In this document: piece by piece, positions 9,901 through 17,490 of the stretch | Layout of the letters: the number at the start of each line of letters is the position of its first letter | Numbering within the stretch: the first letter of the stretch is position 1 | IMG/VR virus record: IMGVR_UViG_3300013105_000022 | Coordinates: 72,516 to 136,515 of that record | Length of the DNA: 64,000 nucleotides | DNA from: a virus | Lineage: Duplodnaviria > Caudoviricetes | Strand: one strand, 5' to 3' | Translations under genes and position numbers: made by a program | Notes under the pieces: generated by a model | The model's input: the letters and a program-made list of their open reading frames with translations, nothing else | Databases searched by the model: none | What the model was told of the DNA's origin: nothing

Positions 9901-12900
9901 ACTCTGGTTTCCAGATCAAGTACGGACTGAAGTCTCTGCCTGAGGATCACCCGCTCAAGAACCAGGAGTACCTTGACGGGTACCTCGCTGACGCCAAGCA
10001 GAACTTCTCCGACCTTTCCCCTAAGGCCGCTCTGCTCGCTCAACTGAAGCTGGATGCCAAGGTAGAGAAGCTGGACGAATGGGAGAAGGAGCTTCTTGCA
10101 GAGGGAAGCACTGACAAGATTCAGATCGGCTCTCGTACCCCGAAGACAAACGCTACCGGTGTAACCGGAGGACAGTTCAACAAGGGCGACGTTCAGAGTG
10201 CCATCGACATCCTGGAGAACTACAACGGCAAGCTGTTCAAGAGCGAACTGAACAAGAAGGGCAACCCTCTCGGTAAGCTGTCCCCGAACGACATCGTAGG
10301 CTTCGATAAGGACAAGACCCTTACCAAGCAGAAGTTCATTGATCTTCTGAAGAAGAAGGTTGCTCCGAAGGAAGCTCCTGTAGAAGAGGCTATGAACAAG
10401 CAGTTCGACATCTCTCAGGAGCCTGAAGAGGGTAAGGTTGTCGCCGCTGATCCGGACATGAGCGCTCTCAAGAATGCCCCGGTGGGTACCATTGTGAGCA
10501 GGCCCACTCCTCCTTACATGGGTACGCCTAACGGTCTTCAGAAGTACCAGAAGAACGAGGACGGCACTTGGTCTAACATTGAGGGAACTACTCCACCAAA
10601 GCAGTCTGATAGCGTCTTCTTCTACAACACAGCCATGAGTGGTGGGCTGAAGTGGAGCGCTCCGGATGTTCCAGAGAGGGAAGACAACGGCCAGTACGCT
10701 GACGGTGACCTGATCCAGTCATTCGAGAACTTCAAGAATCTGCCGGTCGGTTCTGAAGTTAGCTTCCAGTCTAAGTACGGTGGAGACCCCTCTACCTATG
10801 TAAAGACGCGCCCCGACACCTGGGTAGTATCCGATGACCCAGACCTCAAGCTGAAGGATCAGAACTTCAAGAACTCCGTCGAGGGTGGATCACTCAGCTA
10901 CAAGAAGACAGAGCCTACCGCTCCTGATGCCGACGACTCCCTGGATGCTACGCTCGACGCGCACTTCCAGATCATGGCCGAGCTTGACAAGGCTGTTTCC
11001 GTTCTGCCCGCTGAAGAGCGCGGCGAGAACGGTGATGGCTATGTCATCGTGCACACGGAGAAGGGTCCAAAGATCACGTGGGGTAAGTTCGGTGGTGGAG
11101 GTATCGCTACCGTAGCCACGGACGAGAACGGTGTGAAGAAGGTCCTCATCGGTAAGCGTGGAGACCGCGATGAGTGGTACCTGCCGGGTGGAGCTATCGA
11201 TGAGAACGAGAGCCACCTTCAGGGTTCGCTCCGTGAGTTCACCGAAGAAGTAGAAGATGGTGACGCCATTCTGGACAGCATCCAGATCACGCAGGCGTAC
11301 CAGGCTGTCATCGGAAAGATCGAAGGAACGGACAAGGACTGGAAGTACGTCACGTCTGTTGCTACACTGCCTTCCATGATCGATGTCAAAGCACCGGATA
11401 GCATCGAGGATTGGGAACTCAAGGAGTACCAGTGGTTTAGTGCTGAAGAGCTTAATGTGCTCGATGCTGAGGGTAAGCTTCACCCTGCCCTGGGAGGAGG
11501 AAACCTTGCCAAGATGGTAGGTTTCTACGACACGGAAGTTGACGACCTCCACGCAGACATCCTCTCCCTCATGAACGAGCCGGACAACCTCAACGAGGAT
11601 CGATACGACATCTCCAACTGGAAGAAGGTCGATGGAGGTCAGGGCGGATCGAACCCTGGCGGCGTGTACGAAGACCCTCTGGGCAACAAGTACTACGTCA
11701 AGGAGTCCAACGGCGGCGAAGCACCGATGCATAACGAGGTCATCGGTGGCGCACTCTACAAGGCCGCTGGTGTCAACAGCAACGAAGTCTTCTTCGTTAC
11801 TAAGGGCGATCAGCGTCTTCTGGCGACCCCGTGGATCGAGAACAACGGGCAGAAGATGCTTGACGTTCTCGACGGCAACGAAAATGAGTTCAGGAAGAAG
11901 GCCCAGGCTGACTTCGCTATCGATGCCTGGCTGGACAACTACGATGTCGTCGGTATCGGCCCGTGGAACCTTGTGGCTGACGAGAACGGTGATCCTCTAC
12001 GACTTGATCCAGGCGGCTCGATGATGTTCCGTGCTACTGGAGCAGAAAAGTCGTGGTGGAGCGACGAGCCTACCGCTATCGATGACATGCGCTTCGGTTC
12101 CAGCAACTCCAGTGCCTACACTTACCTCCCGAATGTCTTCGGTGATATGACGGGCGATCAAGTGAAGGAATCTGCGAAGAAGCTCCTCGCGGTGACCCCC
12201 GAGAAGATCAGCACTATCGTCAACTCTTCCGGGCTTGACGAGGATACTAAGGCCAAGCTGTACTCGACTCTGGTGATCCGCCGTGAGAAGATTCTGGACC
12301 GCTTCGGTCTGACTCCTGAGGGAACGACGATTGACGTGCCCGAAGCCGTTTCTGGTACCCCTGCATTCACTAAGGGTACGACAGTCAAGCTGAAGGGTAC
12401 CGGTCAGCAGTTCCAGGTTGAGCTTTCTAACAATGAGGCTACAGCCGGTCTCGTAGACGGCAAGTTCCTGGTCTTCCTGAACGACGAGCTTACGGGCGAT
12501 CTGGAAGCTAACTTTAGTGCTCAGCACGCCTTCACATCGAACGGTGAGAACTTCAAGCAGGCTGAGGCCGTTGAGGTCATCGACCCGAAGAACCCCGGAC
12601 AGAAGATTCCAGGATTCGTCATGAAGGCCGACTGGTCAAGTGGTCTCGTACAGGTCATGACAGGCGCTGAGGGTGGAGAAACAACCAGCATCGAGGTAGA
12701 CAAGTCTCACATCACGAAGATGCCTCAGCAGGCTCCACAGCGCGTCGAGCTTCCAGAGGGCTACGCTAAGGTACCTGAGGGCCAGAAGGCATTCGGCAAG
12801 TACCCGAACCTGGGTTACTACGTCACCGTGGACGAGAGCGACGAGACTCACGTCTATGGAATCGATGGCAGTTCTTGGGCAGGAGGACCTAAGGCCGCTT

Positions 12901-14861
12901 ACGAGCAGGCATTCAAGAACCCTGAAAGCTCCTGGGAAGCTTGGAGCGGAGATGGTTCCGCTCCAGAGCCGCAGGCTACCCCAGAGGTCGAGACTCCTGC
13001 CGATGGCCCGAAGGACAGCGCGGGTCAGGTGGTCGCTATGGGCGACAACGTGACTATCGTCAAGTACAACAAGGGCGGACTCTCCAACAAGGCCACCATC
13101 GTCTCGATCAACTCCGAGAAGGGAACCGCAAAGGTTCGCCGTCTGGATGAGAACGGTGTGCCTATGGTGGGCGAGAACGGCAAGCCTCTGTACGCTACGA
13201 TGTCGCTGTCCAGCCTCCGCAAGGACAACCAGACCGTGAACGAGAGTGGTCTGCCTACAGGCATCACCATGTCTGGTGGAGACAAGAACAGCCCTCTGTA
13301 TGGACAGCCTGAGCCTGTCGCACCGGCGGCTACTCCACAGACCGAATCTGATGCCCCAATCGTCTCTGACGAGTGGATCAGCAAGGCCACAGAGGCTTAC
13401 AAGGCCTACCGCTCCAAGAAGGGCCTCCCTGAGAAGGACCTGAAGCTGTCTACCACGGCTTGGGGTCCTATCGAGAGAGCCATGAAGGGTGACGAGTCTG
13501 CGCTGACCGCTATCAAGACCAAGGGTTACCTGGACGAAGACCCGGCCCTGTATGAAGAAATTCAGCAGGCCATCGACGCACAGAAGCTCAAGTACGCTGA
13601 CATCATCGCTCAGCACGAGCAGGCTGTAACCGAATACCAGAAGCAGAAGTCCGAATGGATGACTGCCAATGGTGTTGCCTCCTACACGCCGATCAAGCAC
13701 GAGCAGACTCTTCAGATGAACGAGAACGAGTCCAAGGACTGGGCACTCAAGAAGTACACCAACATCTTGAGCAAGCTGACCTCGAAGGCTAAGCAGGGTC
13801 TCCAGAGTCAGAAGGTCTCGTCGGACTGGCAGACGGTCATTCGCAAGCTTCCAGCCATCCTGGGTCTTCGTCGTGAGGACGTAGCTAGCGCGCCTGGAGT
13901 GCATGAAGCGAACATGCAGACGTGGGACAACATCAAGGAAGCCACAGACCAAGCAGGGCCTGTAGGAGAGGCCTTCCGCGCCGTACGTACCATCTCATTC
14001 GACCGACTGGTTGGCCCGGACGGTAACCCTCTGACCTCTGATAGTGACCTGACCAAGATCATCGGTTCCATTCAGAAGGATCACGGAGCTATGGAGATTG
14101 TTCCAGGTTCCGTCGATCACGGTGGTAAGATCGCTGACTTCTACCCTGTCATCATGGACCTCGCGGTTCCTGCCGACGCCAAGGGAATGTACACGGGCTT
14201 CGAAGAGTTCTCTTACAACGAAGAGCACGGAATCATCATGGAGCCTGGACTGGCCATGTACATCTGGGGTGCCGAGCAGAAGAAGATTCCTCAGTTGGGT
14301 GGACTTACGAAGTGGGTCGTCAAGGCCTCTATCATCCCGCGCGATGTTCTGCCGTACATGAACAACTTCCAGGGTGATCCGATGAGTCACAACATCCTGA
14401 TCCCTGGTAAGGACACCACGACCGGTATCACTTCATCTCCGTTCTCGGAAGAGAACTGGGGAAAGAGCACTCTCGCGGAGATTAAGAAGGCCAAGATCGA
14501 TGACGCCGTTGTGGACTTCGATGGCAAGCAGTGGAAGAAGATCAACGACATCTCAACGGGAACGAAGATTTGGTGGCAGAACGGTACAGGTAAGAAGGCC
14601 TCTGACCAGTTCCTCTTCGACAACTTCATGGGCGAGAAGCCCGCTCCGGAAGTCTTCGAGACCGTACAGCCTAAGGGATACAGGTGGACTGAATCCAAGC
14701 TGGACAATCTGAGCATCGGAGATAACGTCGTAGACAGTGACGGAGATATCTGGCAAAAGATTTCTGGCGGTGAATGGAAGCTGATCCAGAAGAATGGCCC
14801 TAGCAACTACCTCGAAGTGGGCGAAGTTCGCTCCAGCTATGCCGTCGCATCCTACATGTAA
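6993..14861 (+). CDS. Giant polyvalent protein (GNAT-like, L7/L12-CTD-like, Nudix, PI3K/HipA-like kinase, degenerate ART, repeats), probably packaged in the head
   Basis: AGGAG RBS + GTG; full Nudix box G-AIDEN-E-SHLQGSL-REFTEE; kinase motifs GGSNPGG, YYVK, NE, DAWLDNYD, RLDPGG; located between MuF and protease. Confidence 0.8.
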   Translation: MSTELELEFIELAVGKGRRVQTAEGARFYGQPIGTLITPDMIKKARSAAKAKGITPPKGGLSPKKAPQVSVGAGKASPAGNFNADPSAGAPVGADTSGKFQVKPSSIKGPQGFKVGATQYSAPSGSKLIRPKNQEEFAYVVTPDGSVHAFTAAGELDVPDYLEPVLTKKFKDLKGDDTLYKVDTFDAPSSLAEQKPGSTLSKNGKPLFKKQANGVWMNEDIGAELTDDDLQRLYDGGSFDLEPANTVEDIDFSKLTTDELQAALEAMPDGKQMKFSKTVVTKKNGKWNSSATGKNTSSEDLAYMSAGTGSITDKLDNPEVAPEPGKADKAAKEKEASDPLRNPENELNETNAQKKKATEAKATGAEILKSEVGAVVYHDVAGALTKQDNSTWENTDGASFAEVNIVDSANMGYISNEPWTPEQKDAKEKFDAENTLTVGGKELSTVGKFGENDRSEAIKADGGSTPNVFELEATPENVKTFRDAMQKSLEGNPYSASVYVYDESDYAGMRLFLSDDGKSGIALHDGDEIVSVFSDPKSKNKKVARHLISVAVENGGKRLDAFDTVLPGIYAKEGFIVKSRLKWDDDFAPENWNKETFKKFNNGEPDVVFMQYEKGMEDLDYEPGSGDYVDDYDKGLASTGGKAQDENDYRPEIGDPDNEENSVETTKSGYVVNDEVKSSLAEGKKINAILNLKNSNKGMSLAEAKKEIDAMVLEGYQPGDTVSGNMLWELPEGAKIKTASGGEFTKNENGNWVTKNGGVFSSSDMYDDGMDAEIVSNPAAKQKKIEAPKVEEPEVDPDEEFHSLLEANEVTVEKLIDLKAGDIISNGEFEFTKDENDKFVNDQFLYEFDADDFSQDIDNGKISIVEQTGSDDEEAVDADTATVDDLKAMKPGDSVNIADFKYVMNDDGKLVSDTSGWLFDPQEFEQDLKTWGSKKSDITPSQTVEKYGENGNEFLPEAQAKQAIESLEAHSGFQIKYGLKSLPEDHPLKNQEYLDGYLADAKQNFSDLSPKAALLAQLKLDAKVEKLDEWEKELLAEGSTDKIQIGSRTPKTNATGVTGGQFNKGDVQSAIDILENYNGKLFKSELNKKGNPLGKLSPNDIVGFDKDKTLTKQKFIDLLKKKVAPKEAPVEEAMNKQFDISQEPEEGKVVAADPDMSALKNAPVGTIVSRPTPPYMGTPNGLQKYQKNEDGTWSNIEGTTPPKQSDSVFFYNTAMSGGLKWSAPDVPEREDNGQYADGDLIQSFENFKNLPVGSEVSFQSKYGGDPSTYVKTRPDTWVVSDDPDLKLKDQNFKNSVEGGSLSYKKTEPTAPDADDSLDATLDAHFQIMAELDKAVSVLPAEERGENGDGYVIVHTEKGPKITWGKFGGGGIATVATDENGVKKVLIGKRGDRDEWYLPGGAIDENESHLQGSLREFTEEVEDGDAILDSIQITQAYQAVIGKIEGTDKDWKYVTSVATLPSMIDVKAPDSIEDWELKEYQWFSAEELNVLDAEGKLHPALGGGNLAKMVGFYDTEVDDLHADILSLMNEPDNLNEDRYDISNWKKVDGGQGGSNPGGVYEDPLGNKYYVKESNGGEAPMHNEVIGGALYKAAGVNSNEVFFVTKGDQRLLATPWIENNGQKMLDVLDGNENEFRKKAQADFAIDAWLDNYDVVGIGPWNLVADENGDPLRLDPGGSMMFRATGAEKSWWSDEPTAIDDMRFGSSNSSAYTYLPNVFGDMTGDQVKESAKKLLAVTPEKISTIVNSSGLDEDTKAKLYSTLVIRREKILDRFGLTPEGTTIDVPEAVSGTPAFTKGTTVKLKGTGQQFQVELSNNEATAGLVDGKFLVFLNDELTGDLEANFSAQHAFTSNGENFKQAEAVEVIDPKNPGQKIPGFVMKADWSSGLVQVMTGAEGGETTSIEVDKSHITKMPQQAPQRVELPEGYAKVPEGQKAFGKYPNLGYYVTVDESDETHVYGIDGSSWAGGPKAAYEQAFKNPESSWEAWSGDGSAPEPQATPEVETPADGPKDSAGQVVAMGDNVTIVKYNKGGLSNKATIVSINSEKGTAKVRRLDENGVPMVGENGKPLYATMSLSSLRKDNQTVNESGLPTGITMSGGDKNSPLYGQPEPVAPAATPQTESDAPIVSDEWISKATEAYKAYRSKKGLPEKDLKLSTTAWGPIERAMKGDESALTAIKTKGYLDEDPALYEEIQQAIDAQKLKYADIIAQHEQAVTEYQKQKSEWMTANGVASYTPIKHEQTLQMNENESKDWALKKYTNILSKLTSKAKQGLQSQKVSSDWQTVIRKLPAILGLRREDVASAPGVHEANMQTWDNIKEATDQAGPVGEAFRAVRTISFDRLVGPDGNPLTSDSDLTKIIGSIQKDHGAMEIVPGSVDHGGKIADFYPVIMDLAVPADAKGMYTGFEEFSYNEEHGIIMEPGLAMYIWGAEQKKIPQLGGLTKWVVKASIIPRDVLPYMNNFQGDPMSHNILIPGKDTTTGITSSPFSEENWGKSTLAEIKKAKIDDAVVDFDGKQWKKINDISTGTKIWWQNGTGKKASDQFLFDNFMGEKPAPEVFETVQPKGYRWTESKLDNLSIGDNVVDSDGDIWQKISGGEWKLIQKNGPSNYLEVGEVRSSYAVASYM

Positions 14862-14872
14862 GGAACTAGAAA

Positions 14873-15301
14873 ATGGCAAATGAAATCCTAGTCATCAGCC
14901 CTGAACTGAAGAAGCTGATCGATTCTGTTCCTGTAGAACTTCTACGCAGGGGGCCAGAGCGTTACGACTCTCTGCGCCCCTCTGCGCGAGGCTCCTGGAA
15001 GACTGTCCTATACGACGGCCTACCCATCGCTGTGGCGTGGACGGACTGGAAGGAAGGCTTCGGGATTATCAACCTGAAGACCGAAGAACCCACAGACCGT
15101 CTAGAGAATTACGTCATCACAGCTAAAGCGCTTGACATCCCCGCCGGTTGGGCGTATACTTCACTTGAGACAGTTGTATCTAAGTACGAGTTTGACCGAG
15201 AGGTAACCCTATCCGGTCAGACGGACGGCAAGCTGAGCAAGCTCACACAGGACGAGGAGACAGAAGTCGATACGGAAGAGGATGACGATGACACTGAATA
15301 A
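14873..15301 (+). CDS. Hypothetical protein with acidic tail
   Basis: AAGGA RBS; directly after the giant gene. Confidence 0.7.
   Translation: MANEILVISPELKKLIDSVPVELLRRGPERYDSLRPSARGSWKTVLYDGLPIAVAWTDWKEGFGIINLKTEEPTDRLENYVITAKALDIPAGWAYTSLETVVSKYEFDREVTLSGQTDGKLSKLTQDEETEVDTEEDDDDTE
15132..15160 (+). promoter_or_regulatory. Consensus housekeeping-sigma promoter TTGACA-N17-TATACT inside a CDS
   Basis: TTGACA 15132-15137, TATACT 15155-15160, preceded by GGCG like the other early-class promoters. Confidence 0.65.
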
Positions 15302-15614
15302 GAAGCTTGAGGGCGACATCACACAGGTTGAGGGGTACTACCTCGCCGTAGCTCGTGGTGCCGATTCGGGTGAGTTCATCGGCTTCTATGGCTTCACTCC
15401 TGACGGAACCTACATCCGCAACGCGGGTAACTGGATCACCGCCACAGGCCCTGCCCTGAACAAGCTCAACGGTGCTCAATTGGTCGAGATGAAGAACACA
15501 TTCATCCTCCGCTTTGACGCATTGGACAAGAAGGGACTCCTCCCTCCCGGAGATGATGTCCTGGAAGAGAAGAGCACAAAGGGCAATCCAGGCTCCTGGG
15601 ATTCACAGAACTGA
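15288..15614 (+). CDS. Hypothetical protein
   Basis: GAGG RBS 6 nt before ATG 15288 (alternative start 15282). Confidence 0.7.
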   Translation: MTLNKKLEGDITQVEGYYLAVARGADSGEFIGFYGFTPDGTYIRNAGNWITATGPALNKLNGAQLVEMKNTFILRFDALDKKGLLPPGDDVLEEKSTKGNPGSWDSQN

Positions 15615-15645
15615 AATAAAGGATCGTCGTTCATACCGACATAGT

Positions 15646-15654
15646 GCGATAGTA
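15646..15654 (+). promoter_or_regulatory. Late motif GCGATAGTA (leaderless, ATG at 15661)
   Basis: Same 15-nt offset to ATG as at 1121. Confidence 0.7.
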
Positions 15655-15660
15655 CTAGGT

Positions 15661-16773
15661 ATGGACGACGATCTTGTTTATGTACCCGACGAAGGCAACT
15701 CCTTCGTTGAGCTTTCGCGCACCCCTTCGGGTAAGCTGTACCGCAAGCACATCCTTACCAAGGGTCCTCTTTACTACCCTGGCGTAAAGGGCGGAAAGAT
15801 TGACGTAGACGACAAGTTCCTTGATACGGTTGTCAAGAACTTCAACGATCACGTCGTATCTCACGTACAGGCACCGGTGGTCGATGGAAACAATTCCCAC
15901 ACCGAAGACCCGTTCCGTAACATTGGTGAAGTTATCAAGGTTGAGCGTGAGGGTGATAAGCTATACTCGTACATTGACGTACGTGACGAAAAGGCTGTCC
16001 CTCTTGTAGGTAAGACTCTTCTTGGTGCTTCTGCTATGTTCTCCCTCGACTGGAAGAACAACAAGACCAACATGCGTGTTGGACCGGCCCTGATTCACAC
16101 GGCCATTACCAACAACGCTCATGTCAACGACCTCGAAGATTTTGAGGAAGTGCGACTCTCCAATGGAGTGAGCGATAGTAATACACGACAGAAGGCAGTG
16201 GTACTTTCCGCTAGCCCAGACGACAACACTAAGGATGGTTCCGCAATGGACCTAGACGAACTGATTGCAGTCCTTAAGGACGAGCACGGTATCGACGTTC
16301 CTGAGCTTCAGAAGGCGGCTGGCAAGGCTGACAAGTTCGCCAAGCTTTCTGCTGAGCTTCAGGAGAAGCTTGCTACGGGCGAGGATGCAGTCCTCAAGCT
16401 GAGCAACACCGATGACGAGGCTTCTGCCGAGGACATCGTTGCCGCAGTTGCTGACCTCGTACAGTCCCGCGTAGAGCTTTCCTCCAAGGTCGATGGCCTT
16501 GTCAAGGATGCCGCTACCGCTAAGGCTGAGGCTCGCATCGAAGAGCTTGTTGCCGGTGGCTTCATCGCCCCTGCCAAGCGCGCCGAGAACCTGGAGCTTC
16601 TGCTCTCCAACGCCGAGCTATTCGAGCGTATGGTTCCTGAGAAGCCGCTCGTCAAGCTCTCTGCTGAGGACGGCCAGGAGCACAAGGATGACTCGCACGA
16701 CGAGACTGTCGCAAGTGAGGTCGCCCGTCTTTCCGCCGATGCCAAGGCCAACGGCCTTCTCATCGAGGCCTAA
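15661..16773 (+). CDS. Capsid maturation protease fused to scaffolding protein
   Basis: Mu I-like protease region (H...IGEV, GASAMF, LIHTAITNNAHV) plus helical C-terminal half; upstream of decoration and MCP genes. Confidence 0.8.
   Translation: MDDDLVYVPDEGNSFVELSRTPSGKLYRKHILTKGPLYYPGVKGGKIDVDDKFLDTVVKNFNDHVVSHVQAPVVDGNNSHTEDPFRNIGEVIKVEREGDKLYSYIDVRDEKAVPLVGKTLLGASAMFSLDWKNNKTNMRVGPALIHTAITNNAHVNDLEDFEEVRLSNGVSDSNTRQKAVVLSASPDDNTKDGSAMDLDELIAVLKDEHGIDVPELQKAAGKADKFAKLSAELQEKLATGEDAVLKLSNTDDEASAEDIVAAVADLVQSRVELSSKVDGLVKDAATAKAEARIEELVAGGFIAPAKRAENLELLLSNAELFERMVPEKPLVKLSAEDGQEHKDDSHDETVASEVARLSADAKANGLLIEA
16172..16180 (+). promoter_or_regulatory. Internal late motif upstream of an in-frame scaffold start (ATG 16246)
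   Basis: Exact motif; AAGGA RBS before the in-frame ATG. Confidence 0.6.
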
Positions 16774-16803
16774 GCCCCTACTACCAGCCCCTAGGAGAAC
16801 ATA

Positions 16804-17214
16804 ATGGTAGAATACGCAGGTAACGCGATTCCAGCCGCTGGCATTACGCGCGGTCAGAACGTACCCGACGACGAGATTCTGTACTCGACTGTCGGATTCA
16901 CACAGAAGGGTGTCACTCTAGCCGCTGGCCAGGGTACGCTCCTTGCAGGTACCGCCCTTGCACGTAAGACTTCCACGAAGGAATACGTCAAGTTCGCTTC
17001 CGGTGGTGGAGATGGTACGGGCACTCCGCTCGGTATCCTCCGCAAGACGGTTGCAACCGGTTCCGACGCAAACGGTCAGAAGTACATGGGTAACATCGTT
17101 ATCGCTGGTATCCTCAAGCTTCAGAAGGTTTCTTCGGCTAACGGCGGTGTCTCGAACATCACGACTCCTCTTGGAGCAGTCGCTAACGACGTACTCCAGA
17201 CGTTCAAGTTTTAA
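16804..17214 (+). CDS. Head decoration protein (lambda gpD-like)
   Basis: VTLAAGQG.L.AGT.L and P.GIL motifs; between scaffold and MCP. Confidence 0.75.
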   Translation: MVEYAGNAIPAAGITRGQNVPDDEILYSTVGFTQKGVTLAAGQGTLLAGTALARKTSTKEYVKFASGGGDGTGTPLGILRKTVATGSDANGQKYMGNIVIAGILKLQKVSSANGGVSNITTPLGAVANDVLQTFKF

Positions 17215-17315
17215 CCCATCCCTCGCCCCGAGCGGGGGTACTGAAAGCAGATGGTCGGCTATTTGGTCGTCTATCTGGGGGGCTGAAACATAAAACAGCG
17301 GGACGCTGAGGGTGT

Positions 17316-17340
17316 GACTCAGAATTACATATTCTGAGTC
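17316..17340. repeat. Perfect inverted repeat GACTCAGAAT-N5-ATTCTGAGTC
   Basis: 10-bp arms ending 21 nt upstream of the MCP late motif. Confidence 0.8.
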
Positions 17341-17361
17341 CATCCCTGAGTAGCCCAATGT

Positions 17362-17370
17362 GCGATAGTA
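17362..17370 (+). promoter_or_regulatory. Late motif upstream of major capsid gene
   Basis: Exact GCGATAGTA. Confidence 0.7.
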
Positions 17371-17490
17371 TCAATCAGAAGTAAAAACTCAAACTTAGAT
17401 CAACCAAGTGACATCTTCGGATGTGGTGCAGATCGGGCCTTCGGGTCGCTGATTCCCTGTAGATAGGCATTTCTACCTTAGGAGATTCCA

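Noticed and set aside
12636-13952. Long minus-strand ORFs (also 4266-5108, 10890-11732, 26188-27009, 59872-60660 and others)
   Set aside because: Antisense shadows of strongly biased + strand genes, with no recognisable protein motifs
15514-15660. Upstream start for the protease ORF given by the track (likewise 1085, 21322, 39797, 50381, 52071)
   Set aside because: Extensions overlap upstream genes or promoters; RBS or motif offset supports the later starts
17240-17300. Hammerhead ribozyme (CTGAAAG...GAAAC)
   Set aside because: Core needs CUGANGA; the sequence has CUGAAAG and the stems do not fit
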